DNA of 64,000 nucleotides from Haliotis cracherodii (lineage: Eukaryota): NCBI RefSeq assembly GCF_022045235.1, contig NW_027266286.1, positions 38,998,001 to 39,062,000 of the forward strand, given 5' to 3'. Position numbers and translations under genes: made by a program. A model generated the notes under the pieces. That model was not told the DNA's origin and searched no databases. It saw only the letters and a list, made by a program, of their open reading frames with translations. The stretch's first letter is position 1. Every line of letters starts with the position of its first letter. This document shows, one piece after another, positions 1 to 12,899 of the stretch.

Positions 1-348
1 CCCATGCATGGCATCTTCCAAGATATCTCAGTGTTGGAGTAGTCCCATGCATGGCATCTTCCTAGATTCCTTAGTGTTGGGGTAGTCCCTGTGTTGGGGT
101 AGTCCCATGCATGGCATCTTTCTAGATTCCTTAGTGTTGGGGTAGTCCCATGCATGGCATCTTCCAAGATATCTCAGTGTTGGAGTAGTCCCATGCATGG
201 CATCTTCCAAGATATCTCAGTGTTGGAGTAGTCCCATGCATGGCATCTGTCTAGATTCCTTAGTGTTGGGGTAGTCCCATGCATGGCATCTTTCTAGATT
301 CCTCAGTGTTGGGGTAGTCCCATGCATGGCATCTTCCACGATACCTCA
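1..348. repeat. 43-bp minisatellite (CCCATGCATGGCATCTTCCAAGATATCTCAGTGTTGGAGTAGT), about 8 units, truncated by window edge
   Basis: Unit restarts at position 44; two sequence variants alternate. Confidence 0.95.
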
Positions 349-560
349 GTTTACTTATATCAGTTTACATTCTTCAATACCCTCTCGTGTGCTTGCATCT
401 GCAAGGCAGCCTGTCTGTATCTTTATCTTTACAAGATCTTGACTTTATTGCATGACTTGTGCTGAGTAGTGATCAAATATTTATTTATTTATGTTGACAT
501 CAGGACACATATGAAAAAGCCCTGTTTTCACGCCTTAATAAGCTTGAGGATAGGCTTTAC

Positions 561-610
561 CTCACAACTAATTAGATAAGCTGGCAGTGAAGAGGACATC
601 TGTTTAAAAT
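561..610 (-). CDS. Putative internal coding exon (D)FKQMSSSLPAYLISCE of the minus-strand gene starting at 4003
   Basis: Acceptor tttcAG (612-611), donor GTaaag (560-559); 50 nt, open, phase-1 compatible with exon 3874-4003 (G|AT=Asp). Confidence 0.55.
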
Positions 611-1201
611 CTGAAAGATTTTATTGTGTGATGACAGCCAAAACAGGAAATTATGGCTATGATGTAATAGAGGTAAGGTATTCAAAGGAATTATAGGCTT
701 ACCATGGTAGTCATTTGTAGAAGATATATGGAACAGAGAGAGGTAAATCAGTCAGTAGTTGCTGATGACAACACTTATACAAATGTGTGAATCTAGCAAA
801 ATAATCTGACCAAGATCAAGTGACATGAAGATATATTTCTGTCAAAAGGCATTGTGACATTCAGTACTGGAGTACAAGATATCACCACTGATATTACCTT
901 AACAGTTTGTGACTACTAATACGCAACTTGTAATACCCTTTATGAACTAGAGTACCTGAGCTGCACAAGCTGACCTAATATGTAAGGTGTGAGGATGTGA
1001 CAAAACTGTTATCCTAAACAAAAGACATTATACCCAATAACAGTAATCCATGTCTTTCTCATCGCTTATAAAACTGTTTTACCAAATTTTAAGGTATCCT
1101 TTTGATTGATACTGATAGGCCTCAATTTCATTACACATGTGGAAAAAAGACTTATGACTCCTAAATAAGATTTCCAGAGTCATATATCCCTGATATCTAT
1201 A

Positions 1202-2624
1202 CTCAACAACAAAAGTTCCTGTGACACCAATATTTTAGTGTATTTTTCAAACAAGTAAAGTTTGTTTTTCAATATTGTAGTACATGTATGGAATCAAGTC
1301 ACAAAAACGCAACTGCTACAGAAAAGCATACATTCCATGCAAAAGTTGACTTTTATGCAAGCCCCATGCATTTCACTACCCAAGAATGGGTATAAAAACA
1401 TGTGCGTTAACTGGATTCCATATGCATTGTTTAGCATCGTGCTGACAACAACCACTCAGAAAAATAAATAAATTATTCAACATTACAAAATGCCATCCCT
1501 GTCCTAAAATGTGCGTCTGCGAGCCATTGGTATGTTTGAAGCAGGATCGAGTCAACATGATGTTGCAAGACAATTAACGTCCACAGAAACACCATTTGGT
1601 GTTATGGCCACATTGGCAACAGACAAATGCAGTCAGATAGCATCCACGGAGTGGCAGGCCACATGTAACCAATAATCTACAAGACAACTGGATTCGAACA
1701 ACACACCTACGAAATCGATTCCAGCCAGCAACAGTGACTGCAAGAAGCATCCCTGGCCTTCGACGATTATCTTACTTCGTCGCCTCAGATGTGCAGGGAT
1801 TGCTGCCAGAAGACCCGCCAGACGTCCCATTTTGACAGGAAACCGCCGTCAAGCACGTCTACAGTGGTGCAGACAGCGTCTATGCTGGACTGACATGCAA
1901 TGGGGACAAGTTCTATTCACTAACAATCTCGTTTTCACCTCAGCCACAGCGATGGACGGATTCGAGTGTACCGACTTCAATGTATGGGGTTGACCTACAG
2001 CAAAACAGACGACCTGTTTGATAGTGGTAGAGGGAAATCTCAATTGACAGCGCTACCGCGACGAGATCATCGGCCCTGTTGTTCTACCGTTTTTGCGTCG
2101 TCATGGCCCAGGCATTACCTTTCAACTTGACAACGCCCAGCCTCATATTGCTCAGTTTGTTCAGGATTCTCTTCAACATAACAATGTGAATGTCATCCCC
2201 TGGCCGGCTCGCTCCCCTGATCTCTCACCAATCAATCACATGTGGGATGAGATGGATCGGCGCCTTTGACGTCAACCACGTGTTCCACAGAAAATCCAGA
2301 ACTTCAAAACCTGCTTCAGCAGATATGGACAGATATCCCACAGGACTTTGTGAGACGCCTGGTCCATTCAATGAGATGAAGATGTGTTGCTTGCATCGCA
2401 ACCAGAGATGGACACACACGCAATTGACTTGTAAATTGACATTTTGGCATGTTCATGTTTTTTTTATGAAACCGCGCATTTTCTAAAGTCAGTATGGCAA
2501 ATTAAACCATTTGAACACTTACAGGAGTCTTTTACCTGTTGATAACCGAAATTGTTTCAGATTTGGTAAAAACATATCTTTACAATAAATCTTATTCAAT
2601 GTCACAGGAACTTTTGTTGTTCAG
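1202..2624 (+). mobile_element. Full-length but decayed Tc1/mariner transposon
   Basis: 25-bp TIRs 1202-1226 and 2600-2624 (1 mismatch), TA on both sides; disrupted transposase from ATG 1490 (RAIGMFEAG..DVAR, DNAQPH, WPARSPDLSPINHMWD). Confidence 0.92.
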
Positions 2625-2634
2625 TATATGATTA

Positions 2635-3732
2635 CCGTATTTTCTTGAGTATACTGCGCACCCATGTATAATGCGCACCCCCCTCTAGCGGGTTCAATAT
2701 TTTGGAAAAAAAGAAATTTGAATATTATGCGCAGGAAAAAAATTACACTGTACCCATTCAGCGAAGTCCGGCAAACGAACGGGTGATGAGAAACTTTGTC
2801 AGTACAAATTCCAAATTTGAGATAAAAAATCACCAGACATGTTGATTTACCATTTAAATTGTATTTTTTGTTCAGCTAGGCATTGTTTTATATCCAGGGA
2901 TTAAGATTACCTTGTGTATTTTCTCGTAAACTAAGCCGGACTCAACAATCAGCTGTACACACGTTTTCTTGGAATCTACCGGTGATTCGGTCAAAACACA
3001 CCCAACAATATAACTTTACAGGATTTTAATGCAAGGATCGGCAAAAGTTGTATCTGAAACTATTTTTTTATCAGGAATAATATATTCCAATATCTTGTTA
3101 ATTTAGATGCAGCTTTTACTAAACATATTTAAAATAATAATAACCCTAAGCGAAGCAGCTGATCGCTATTGCCGGGTATTATTTTTTACATGGAACCAGT
3201 CTGACAAGTCACTGTCAAGGCTCCCGTGCACGTGATCGCGAGAATTACGTGTTGACATAGAATCATCCAACAAAAACAAATCTGACTTTTAACGAATCAA
3301 AGTATAGCATTTATGATATATGTATCCATTCTCTGTCAACTAAAGTTCGTTTCAAGGCGTCAATAGCAGTAATCTGACCGTGGTTGCTGTTAATAACAGT
3401 GAGTTGTGCGATCTTCACACACGATTTCGCCGAAATTAATTAAAACAATATTAAAAGGAATTTTGAATAAAATTAATGAAATAAGTTACAAACATAAGTC
3501 CAGATATACAAAGAACACTTTTTTATAGCCAGACAGTGTAATTACATGAATAATTTGCGAACTTCAGTATGGATTTGTTGACATGGTATTTCCGGTGTTA
3601 CTTGCTCACGGTAATGTCTTTCCATGGAGGAAAAAACATCAGAACTCATTAATTCGTGTATAATGCGCACCCCCTTCTACACAGCTGTGTTGTTTGTTTT
3701 AAAAAGTGTGCACTATACTCAAGAAAATACGG
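2635..3732. mobile_element. Non-autonomous Tc1/mariner-superfamily (pogo/Tigger-like) element, 1.1 kb
   Basis: 27-bp TIR CCGTATTTTCTTGAGTATA.. (first 19 nt identical), TA TSD, subterminal direct repeat GTATAATGCGCACCCCC near both ends; no ORF. Confidence 0.88.
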
Positions 3733-3873
3733 TATAAAAGAATATTCTGTAAAATAATAATGACTACTATGTTATATTCTACAGTCATAACAATGTGATG
3801 GTGAGCCAAATATAAGTTGGTTTGATACAATGCCAGAAAGTTTGGACAGATCTGCCAAACAAGGCTCCCTCAC

Positions 3874-4003
3874 CTTCATCAAGGAAGGATGGATTGACAT
3901 TGTCCAAGATAAGCCTCTCAGCACTGGCGTAGTTCCCCTGTTCCAGAGCTCGGGTTAGGTCGGTGTCATTGAAGCCAAACTCTACATGAAACACACCTGC
4001 CAT
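3874..4003 (-). CDS. First coding exon (MAGVFHVEFGFNDTDLTRALEQGNYASAERLILDNVNPSFLDE) of a minus-strand gene, possibly ankyrin-repeat containing
   Basis: ATG 4003-4001, donor GTGAGG at 3873, acceptor ttttccAG at 4042-4041; TDLTRALEQGNYASAERLI resembles an ankyrin helix-turn-helix (inference). Confidence 0.65.
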
Positions 4004-4343
4004 GCTCAGGAATGTCAGACAAGTGTCTGCAGCATCAACTCTGGAAAACAATTCATATCCACATGATCAAGAACCATTGAGAACAGAGATATCACATGAA
4101 TCCAGTTATTTATCTGTATTTTTCATCTAATTGAAAAAGTGGTTATTTGTCCAACTATGGATATGGTGGACATTGTTGGACAATGCTGTATATCCTTTAT
4201 GCCAAGATATGTTAGCATTGCATCCCCTGCAATAATGTAAAACTAGTGTTTAACCTTTTTTCTCTTTATGTGTCCTGTAACCTTTTTTCTCTTTATGTGT
4301 CCTGTTATCACTTATAAGTCAAAATGTTATGTTTGAGTGTGTC

Positions 4344-6999
4344 CAGAGACCATATAATAGAGGGACGGCAGAAACGCGTACACTGCAGTCATCGTTGTTG
4401 CCTTTTTGTCCCATGCAAAAGATATATTTCACAATACACAATTACACACATGTATTTCTTAACATTGTTAACATTACAACTGAGATTTGTTGGTGCCCTA
4501 AAGCATGTTGTTGTCACAGTATTTGATGACTGTGATCACGCTTTGTCTTTGTCCGAGAGAACAAAATGGCGCACATGTAAAATCGGCAAAAGTGCAGATT
4601 TTGATTTTCAATAACGGCCTCTAAGTCGCAATGAAAGTCCTTGGTTACCTAGGTGTATAAAAAGGAGATGTGTTAAAAATTGGCTTAGTGCCATTAACAA
4701 ATTTAGGGCGGATGCGAAATTTCAGATTTTGACTCCAGAAATGGGACTAAATCTGAATTTTCCCAAAATAATTTCACAACACTTAATTTTGGCATGCTTT
4801 CAGACGAATGTGTTCCTATTATCGGTCCTGAATTTAATAGTTTTACATTTATCACGATTTCCCCTTTGGCTTGGTACCAACGTTATTTATGTATGATCGG
4901 TAGTGCATTTTGTCTGTGATTATCATCCGCATATATCCTTTGAAACATTCTACAAAGTGACTTATATTGTATGATATTAGAATTGTTTTTGTAAAACGCA
5001 TATTTTTTTTACCATTGCTTTCGCCATTTCTTCGTAAGTTTAACTTTGTTTCAGTTAGGCTTCTATCACATATCGCTCATATACTACATACTACAATACT
5101 ACATATTTGTTATCTTCTGTAGATTTTGTCTCTATAAATCATGACTACATTTAATCAATGATTTATTTTATGCTGTGTAAATATTGATTATGAGCAAAAT
5201 GATATTGGCCTAAACCCAATCATAACAATGTAAATATGATGAAGGTACTACTTACTTTGTGTATTTACACAACAATGAAAACATCATACAAAAACAAAAA
5301 TCCGTTACATGATATATTTGTATAATAAAATTGTCATTTGCTTTGTAAATGCCAAGAAAGAAGAAGGATTATATCGGCAGTCGTCGGGAGAGAAGTTCCA
5401 GACAGAAGTTCCAAGGTCGAAGGTGTCATTCAGTAAAATATACTGATGGTCTATTGTCCTTTTCTGTGAAAAATACATTTATATATGTCAGAGTTTGTGA
5501 TGTTTTGTTTTCTTTTAATAGTAATAGTTGCATGCTTCGTTCCAGGTTACGGTTTAAAGTTTGTTTTTCATTGATCAGATATAGAAAACTATGATGAAAG
5601 AATTTTGAAAACAACAAACGTTACTACAGTTTACGATTTACTAGTACATATCTGGTACCATGCTCATTGAAGCTATATTGTTATACCTGAAATATCTAAT
5701 TATTTGTATGCTGAAATATCAATCTAATCGGGTAATATCGAATAACGATTGTAAAATTACAATCCTCCTCTTTGCTTTGGAATTTAACAGTAGCCCCCCT
5801 TTGAAAAAAAACTTTCCTCGCTCCGGCAAACCCCAATATCACTGCTAGCCCCGAACTGGCATTAACCAATAACATTTGATTCTTTCGAAGCCCACTGACG
5901 GACACATTGAAAATTCATTTAACACCGCTTGTAGTTTAATGTGTATTTCTAATTCATTGGAACTATTAGCATTATAAAATAGTAGCGAATTTACATGAAA
6001 TAAAAACATTAATATGGCGTCATTTTCTTTCTGGCGAATAGTAAAGCATTTACACCAGTCGGTGATCATGTATTTTTGCATGTAAATCTAGTCTGGACTT
6101 ATTATAAGATATAAAGTTAATCTGGAGATATATTTTGTGAACATCGGGAATATGGTGATATGTTACAAGTGTCTTCCCTGCTTCTGGATGAGTTTTATTT
6201 ACACTTCCTGAGTTCCTGAGCAATTTACCAGATCGTAGTTTTCTGTGGCGTTCGTAGTACATTTAGTATATATGTTTATTTATAATAGTTAACAATTGCA
6301 GCATAAAATGAGATATATTAACTGATTTTTAAAACAAATAGAATACATTATAAAATACTCTTGATATCGGGGAGGCTTTTTCTTCACATGCCCTCGAAAA
6401 CTTATGCTTGTGGACAGACGTCATATTTTCATTTCCTTTGAGTGAAACTTTTTGGGAGGTATTACCAACGGGTTGGTAGCAGTAACATCACTTTCATTCT
6501 ATTTAGACCAAGAGTCAGCCGAAACCAACCCCTGGTCGAAGAGAGGGAATTCTTCAAGTGGCATATCTAGGTCCAAGACGAAATCGTCCAAGTTAATGAA
6601 GTCGTCCATGGCTGTGGCGAATGTAAATTGAAATAAATGTTCTGGAAGACACACATGTTCAGCGAATAATTTGCAGAAAACTTACATGTGCTAATGAGAG
6701 ATATCATAAAAAAATCTTTGTAATCCGCTTAGAGACGTCCTTTTATTGGATTGTCGCTGGTCGTAGTCGGAGAAATCTTGGCTAAGGGAATTAACTCTTA
6801 CCCAGGATATTATATAATATTGTTTACGTGGTTACCAGAATGGTCAGTCGTGAATGTCTGCGCATCTACTGCACATCTGCAGCGGTACAGAGAGGTTAAC
6901 AGCAGGGTGTCGGGGTGTATCAGTTACATGCCAGACCGTAGCACTGATGGTTTATAATAAACTGTTGGGGAGGGCCGTCCCTCTATTATATGGTTTCTG
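4344..6999. mobile_element. Non-autonomous P/Galileo-like DNA transposon, 2656 bp
   Basis: 26-bp TIRs CAGAGACCATATAATAGAGGGACGGC (4344-4369, 6974-6999; 1 mismatch), CA..TG termini, 7-bp TSD GTGTGTC (4337-4343, 7000-7006); superfamily inferred from termini and TSD length. Confidence 0.8.
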
Positions 7000-7260
7000 G
7001 TGTGTCAATAAATCAACAAACTAAATTGGGAATATTTCAATTCCCAATAAGGAATTTGTTGTAGACATGGACCAAATATCTGAGAAAGCCTAGATCAAAG
7101 AAAATACACTCCAGAGACAAAGTCACCAAGTACTTGGACATGTCACAGGTCCTATCTGTGTCAAGCCAAGTCAGCAAATTTATCCTTTTACACATCTATG
7201 ATACACTACATGCATTATGATACAATGTATTGAGCCACAATTTTTTTGGGATAAACATGT

Positions 7261-7430
7261 ACACACACCTGCAGGTGCTACCCCTGGGGTAGAACTGTTT
7301 CAGAAACACACACCTGCAGGTTCTACCCCCGGGGTAGAACTGGTTGAGAAACACACACCTACCGGTTCTACCCCCAGGGTAGAGCTGGTAGAGAAACACA
7401 CACCTGTAGGTTCTACCCCCAGGGTAGCTT
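7261..7430. repeat. 45-bp minisatellite, about 4 units, each with a palindromic core
   Basis: Units start 7261, 7306, 7351, 7396; best core GTTCTACCCC-C-GGGGTAGAAC at 7320-7340. Confidence 0.9.
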
Positions 7431-7572
7431 TGGGTATTCGTCAACCCAAATGCTGGTGCAACTTCTATATATAGAACAGGGGAAATCCACTAAAATTGAC
7501 GTTGATGGTATCCCTGCCACAATAACATGACAAATTGTCAACCATAGTGGCGTACTAGGCCGGATTGTTTAC

Positions 7573-7720
7573 CTGTTCCACGTTACACATTATTCCTTTA
7601 CGTTTGAATGACTCTTCAACTGTCAACTGACACAAAATACATCCAAAACGAATCCAGGAAATGCCACAATCTGAGACTGCAACTTTCTGTCAGTGGCATT
7701 TTGTCTGTTTCCGGTCTAAG
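7573..7720 (-). other. Possible non-coding first exon / promoter of the minus-strand gene
   Basis: CAG|GTAAAC donor at 7572-7571, ETS-like CCGGAA and CpG-richer sequence nearby; 5' limit is a guess. Confidence 0.3.
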
Positions 7721-8130
7721 AGGTCGCACATGCGTAGTCAGTATTCATGTTTTCATGGGCTCTCTCTCTCTGTGATACCAATCATTGTTGTGTTTAAGCG
7801 ATCTGTTTTAATCAAACGTTCTTGTGCTAGAGTTCCGCTCATGATGTTAGTGCAGAACATTAATTTTATTCTCTTTCGTTTTAACCACGAACGTCAAATT
7901 ACACTTGTTTGTATTTGTTATAATTGGCAACCGGGATTGTGAAACAACAAGTCTAGCTACGTCAAGGATATTTGTTGGACGAAATATATGACAAAGGGTA
8001 CGTACGTCATGAAAAATTCACAACTCCAGCATGGTGACCTGAAATGGTTAAGCCAATAAATAACTTATATAGATCTATTGAAGGGAAATACATAGAAGTA
8101 AATGTTTACCGGTAGCGAGAACTAAGATTT

Positions 8131-10250
8131 AAGAATTGACCTTCACTTTGTGTGAGTTCATTGGAGTATGAACCTTCATAGAGTGAGAGCCAAACTGTGT
8201 GAACGTCGGAGCTTCTTATATTTTTTTATTACAATTTCTTACCTCAAAGGATGTAGGCCAAGATCTAAACACAATTTTATTTAGTACGTGTGACTTTAGG
8301 TTTACACTGACAGCCAAACAACATCCAGCTACATCGCGGAGTAAAATAGTTCCTCAAAAAGAGAGGTGACATAGGCGTATGGATGCACAACATGCTCTTC
8401 AGAAACATCTTACGCAGCACATGTGTTCAAATCATATCCTCATTAGATGAGAAAGGTCTGTAAAGAACTACCTCAGTAAGTCAGTCACAATGACAGCGCG
8501 TCGTAATACATTTACATCAAGTACAAGACGTCAAAATGGCCGACACGATAAACGTGACGGGAGAGATTTCTGAAGTTGTTAATGAACCTGTGGCGGTTAC
8601 ATGTGTTAGTCATCATTGATCAACTGGCCGATCATTGAAAGGTGAATAAAGATGCGTCAAACAGACACTAAGGTAAGTTCATAGATTGCTGGAGACGGTC
8701 AGTGTCAGCCTAGACACGAATCAAGTCGATACTACGATAGTTTAGATGTGCATTTCTTCGTTTGTTCATTAGGATAGGCCGCAGCGAGGATATTCGTGAA
8801 CAATCATACAGTCACGCTCTCTGACATTTCTCAGAGTATACTGAAACGCTGAGACCAAGAATAAAGGTTCTAAATAGTCAGAAAGAACGTATGTATGTTT
8901 TCGTGCTAGAGAATTCCCAGGGGTTTCCCCAGGAATGAGGAAGTAGTCCGTCAGTGTTTACGTCATTCAAGAACACGGTCTCGTGAAAAATATATGGTCA
9001 AATTGTGTCGTTCATACACTTATAATTTTTTAATTTGACGTTTACACGATATACGGCTTTTGCATTGGACGAGAGGTCGGTCACATGACCGCGAAATTGA
9101 CGTTCATTTAAGAATTGACCTTCACTTTGTGTGAGTTCATTGGATTATGAACCTTCATAGAATGAGGGCCAAACTGTATGAACGTCGGAGCTTGCGACGA
9201 CGTTCATACAATGTTTGGCCCTCACTCTATGAAGGTTCATAATCCAATGAACTCACACAAAGTGAAAGTCAATTCTTATAATTTTTTATCACAATTTCTT
9301 ACCTCAAAGGATGTAGGCCAAGATGTAAACACAATTTTATTTAGTACGTGTGACTTCATGTTTACGCTGACAGCCAAACAACAACCAGCTATATCGCGGA
9401 ATAAAATAGTTCCCCAAAAAGAGAGGTGACATGAGCGAATGGATGCAGAACTTGCTCTTCAGAAAACATCTTACGCAACAGATGTGTTCATATAATATCC
9501 CCATTTCTTGCTAGGGAATTCCCAGGGGTTTCCCCAGGAATGTGGAAGTCGTCCGTCAGTGTTTACGTCATTTCAAGAACACAGTCTCGTGAAAAACGTA
9601 TGAACGTCAAATTGTGTCGTTCATACACTTATGAACGTCAATTTCGCGGTCATGTGACCGACTTCTCGTCCAATGCAAAAGCCGTATATCGTGTAAACGT
9701 CAAAATAAAAAATTATAAGTGTAGCTCCGACGTTCATACAGTTTGGCCCTCATTCTATGAAGGTTCATAATCCAATGAACAAAGTGAAGGTCAATTCTTA
9801 AATATTTTTTTAATTTGAAGTATGATTTGAACACATGTGCTGCGTAAGATGTTTCTGAAGAGCAAGTTGTGCATCCATACGCCCATGTCACCTCTCTTTT
9901 TGAGGAACTATTTTACTCCGCGATGTAGCTGGTTGTTGTATGGCTGTCAGTGTAAACATGAAGTCACACGTACTAAATAAAATTGTGTTTAGATCTTGAC
10001 CTACATCCTTTGAGGTAAGAAATTGTGATAAAAAAATTATAAGAATTGACCTTCACTTTGTGTGAGTTCATTGGAGTATGAAGTGAAGGTGGCGTTGTCG
10101 CCAGGCAATGGTAGCTGTTTTCGCTTGAGTCGAGGTGCCGTTTTCGCCCGGTGACGTTTTGCTGAGGTGCCGTTTTCGCTATAACCCATGTGACCGACCT
10201 ATCGTCCAATGGAAAAGCCGTATATCGTGTAAACTTCAAATTCAAAAATT
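8131..10250. repeat. Mosaic of four modules (A-D) repeated in direct and inverted orientation
   Basis: Near-identical 80-230 bp blocks recur on both strands; a diverged copy of module C/D lies at about 18450-18580. Confidence 0.85.
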
Positions 10251-11195
10251 ACATGAGACTGACAAACTGACAGCGTGCCGTATTTTGATGAAAACAGTAT
10301 GTACAATTTACTAACAAGCTGTTTGCTGTTATGAATTTGTACAACTCCTTAACCATCACTGGCTAAAATGCTTAAAAAGATGTTTTTTCAATCACTTTGA
10401 GACAAGTTGAATTCTCATTTTTCATCCCATGTAAGAAATCAATTTCGAATGATTTCCCCCTGAGCAGACGTTTCGAAACATCTAGAACGTTACAGTATTA
10501 CATGGATGATCTTGACTGTTTAAGACTGCTAGAGCTGTGAGAGGCTTCCACATTTTTAAGACACATTTGTCTCCACATTTGTATTTTATGATGTTTTGGT
10601 ATTTTTACATTGTTATTGTACTTTTGAATTTGAAAAGAGTTTGTTCAATAAAATTGAATGACATGGAGTCTTTACTAAACATTCTAGTCACGATGGGATA
10701 TTGTCCTTGTTCTTGTATAGAGGGACATTAAAACTTGTTTGTATATGGGTAGATTCCCCCTCTTGTATAGAGGTACATTCAAAACAATTGTCTAAGAACC
10801 CTATACTGTAATGTAATGTGAAGATGCTCGCATTGTTTGATGTAATTAAACATGACCCATGTGGTGGCTATTTCACTTTGGCTGATTACTCAGTTTGTTA
10901 TGCTTGCATCGATTTGTAATTTGTAACCGACATGATATCAACTGAATGGTATCCCTAACTAGATACGGAAAAGTGGACGCTGATTCCACGGGTAGGTGAC
11001 ACGAGAGCATGTTACAGCGCCCATTGACGCCCCTTGTCACTTATTACTTTCATTTTCTTTAAAGTTAAAGACAGAAAGGAAAGGTCTAATCATATATTAT
11101 TCCCAGTTCGTAATTGTCTTAGGGTGTTATCAGGAAACATTGCGACTTTCCAAATTGACTTTATAGGAATATGATTTTGATAAAATTAATTATAA

Positions 11196-11217
11196 TATAC
11201 ATACATACATACATACA

Positions 11218-11253
<36 letters not shown>

Positions 11254-11254
11254 T
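11196..11254. repeat. (TACA)n microsatellite ending in (TA)n
   Basis: Direct reading. Confidence 0.95.
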
Positions 11255-12542
11255 AATTTCTTTCGTCTGTAGTTGCCACATCAGCACTCACTATGACGTA
11301 ACGTACGTCGTATACTATACACACAATGGTACATTTGTACATGCAATAGTATGTGCATGACTATAGATTTATACAGATAACTTCTTTGACAGCCATTTAA
11401 GAAGTTGGAGTACTAAGTGAGGAGAAGGATTGTAGATGAACTCAACAACTTCTGTATTACAATTACGAGCGACGTTTCAGTGTACGTTCTAACACCGTTA
11501 TCAAGCAAGTGATATGTCAGTATAAAGAAGTTGTTCATCCATAAATTCTTATCCTTACCTATTTAAATAAGGCTAACAATTTAGTTCACGTTTTGAGAGG
11601 ACTACAGCACTAAAACGCAGCCAAAAGACAGCCGTGCCAGGCAATAGACTGGTTCCCGTTCGTTCCTGCGACAGACTGGAAAGCGGAGCAGGAGCAGCGA
11701 CACCAGGCGGAGGATCCGGGAACCAGTCAACCGTTAAACCCTAGTGGAAAAACGACAAGCTCCTCACAGCGATAGCCCGTTCGCGGAGCTCTCTATACCG
11801 AGAGTGTGACGAAGGTGTCACGCGCTGGAAGGAGCTTGGAAAAACGACAATAAAGGGAGATAAGCGTCAATATTAGTTAGTCTGACAAAGTAGGACATGT
11901 CAGGATAACAAATCAACAAATGTTTTGTCGTCAAGGGAGAGGGCAAGCTTGAGCAGGTACTTCACCGAAATATTGTTTTACACCCGTCATAAAGAGATAT
12001 AAGAGAAATAGTGCACAATGCTTGAAACAGCGACTTGCTAGTAGGCTAGGCTGGATGAATCAAGCCGTTGGCTGACAGTGAGGCAGTCCCGCTGCTGCAG
12101 CAGAAGCTATTTTCTGCAGGCATCAAAAAGTATTTCATTACCAGTAAAATGGTGTATTAATACTGAATATATGTCCACAGAAGCAACTGTTACACGGCAG
12201 TTATATGCATGCCACTTTAAAGTGTGTACTTGAATCTTTCCATTTTGATGCTTGTTGAACACCTTTACTGTGAAGCAACACCCAAATGTAACGCAGGCTC
12301 AGTAGTCCGTACCATCACGGACATATATTCTCATGGTACAATGTTGGCAAGGTCATGGATAGACTTCTAAGTATTTAAACCCATGTATTTTGCATGCGTC
12401 ATGGGTTGGGTCTGTACGATGACACTCTAGTTAGCTTCATACATATAATATAGCAAGTGTTGAGATATATCTGGATTTCAGAGAAAGCTTGAGCCTTAGT
12501 CTGACCCAGCTGTGTATGTATATATAGATCTCCATGTTATGG

Positions 12543-12899
12543 GACCGCCTCCATGGTCTAGTGGTAGAGCGTCTGCCCGGAGAGTGGAAGGTCCGGGTTT
12601 TCGATCCCCGACCGCGTCATACCAAAAGACGTTTAAAGATGGTACTTTTTGTTACCCTGTCTGGCGCTTGGCATTAAGGGGCTAAAACAAGGACTGGTCG
12701 GCTCGGAGTCAGTATACTATGTCTGAGTGGGGTATTCATGTTAAACTGCGGCATGGTATCTCAGTGAGGTAGCACTATAAATCGGCATCAGTCTGGACTA
12801 GTACAAGCAGCCACACAAACACACACACGTGCATGCACGTCGCTATATAAGTGCAATAATCTTGGACGTGACGTTAAACCCCATTTCACCTCACCTCAC
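12543..12899 (+). mobile_element. tRNA-derived SINE, family A (body resembles Meta-domain SINEs), full length
   Basis: A box TGGTCTAGTGG, B box GTTTTCGATCCC, (CACCT)n tail, TSD ATGTTATGG; further copies at 38630-38932, 40805-41010, 18230-18357, 13240-13330. Confidence 0.85.

Noticed and set aside
7261-7430. CRISPR array (palindromic repeats)
   Set aside because: Inter-palindrome sequence is itself repeated; no unique spacers, no cas genes, eukaryotic context
12543-12620. tRNA genes (also 38630, 40805, 56460)
   Set aside because: tRNA-like heads continue into a shared body and simple-repeat tail, some with TSDs, so they are SINEs
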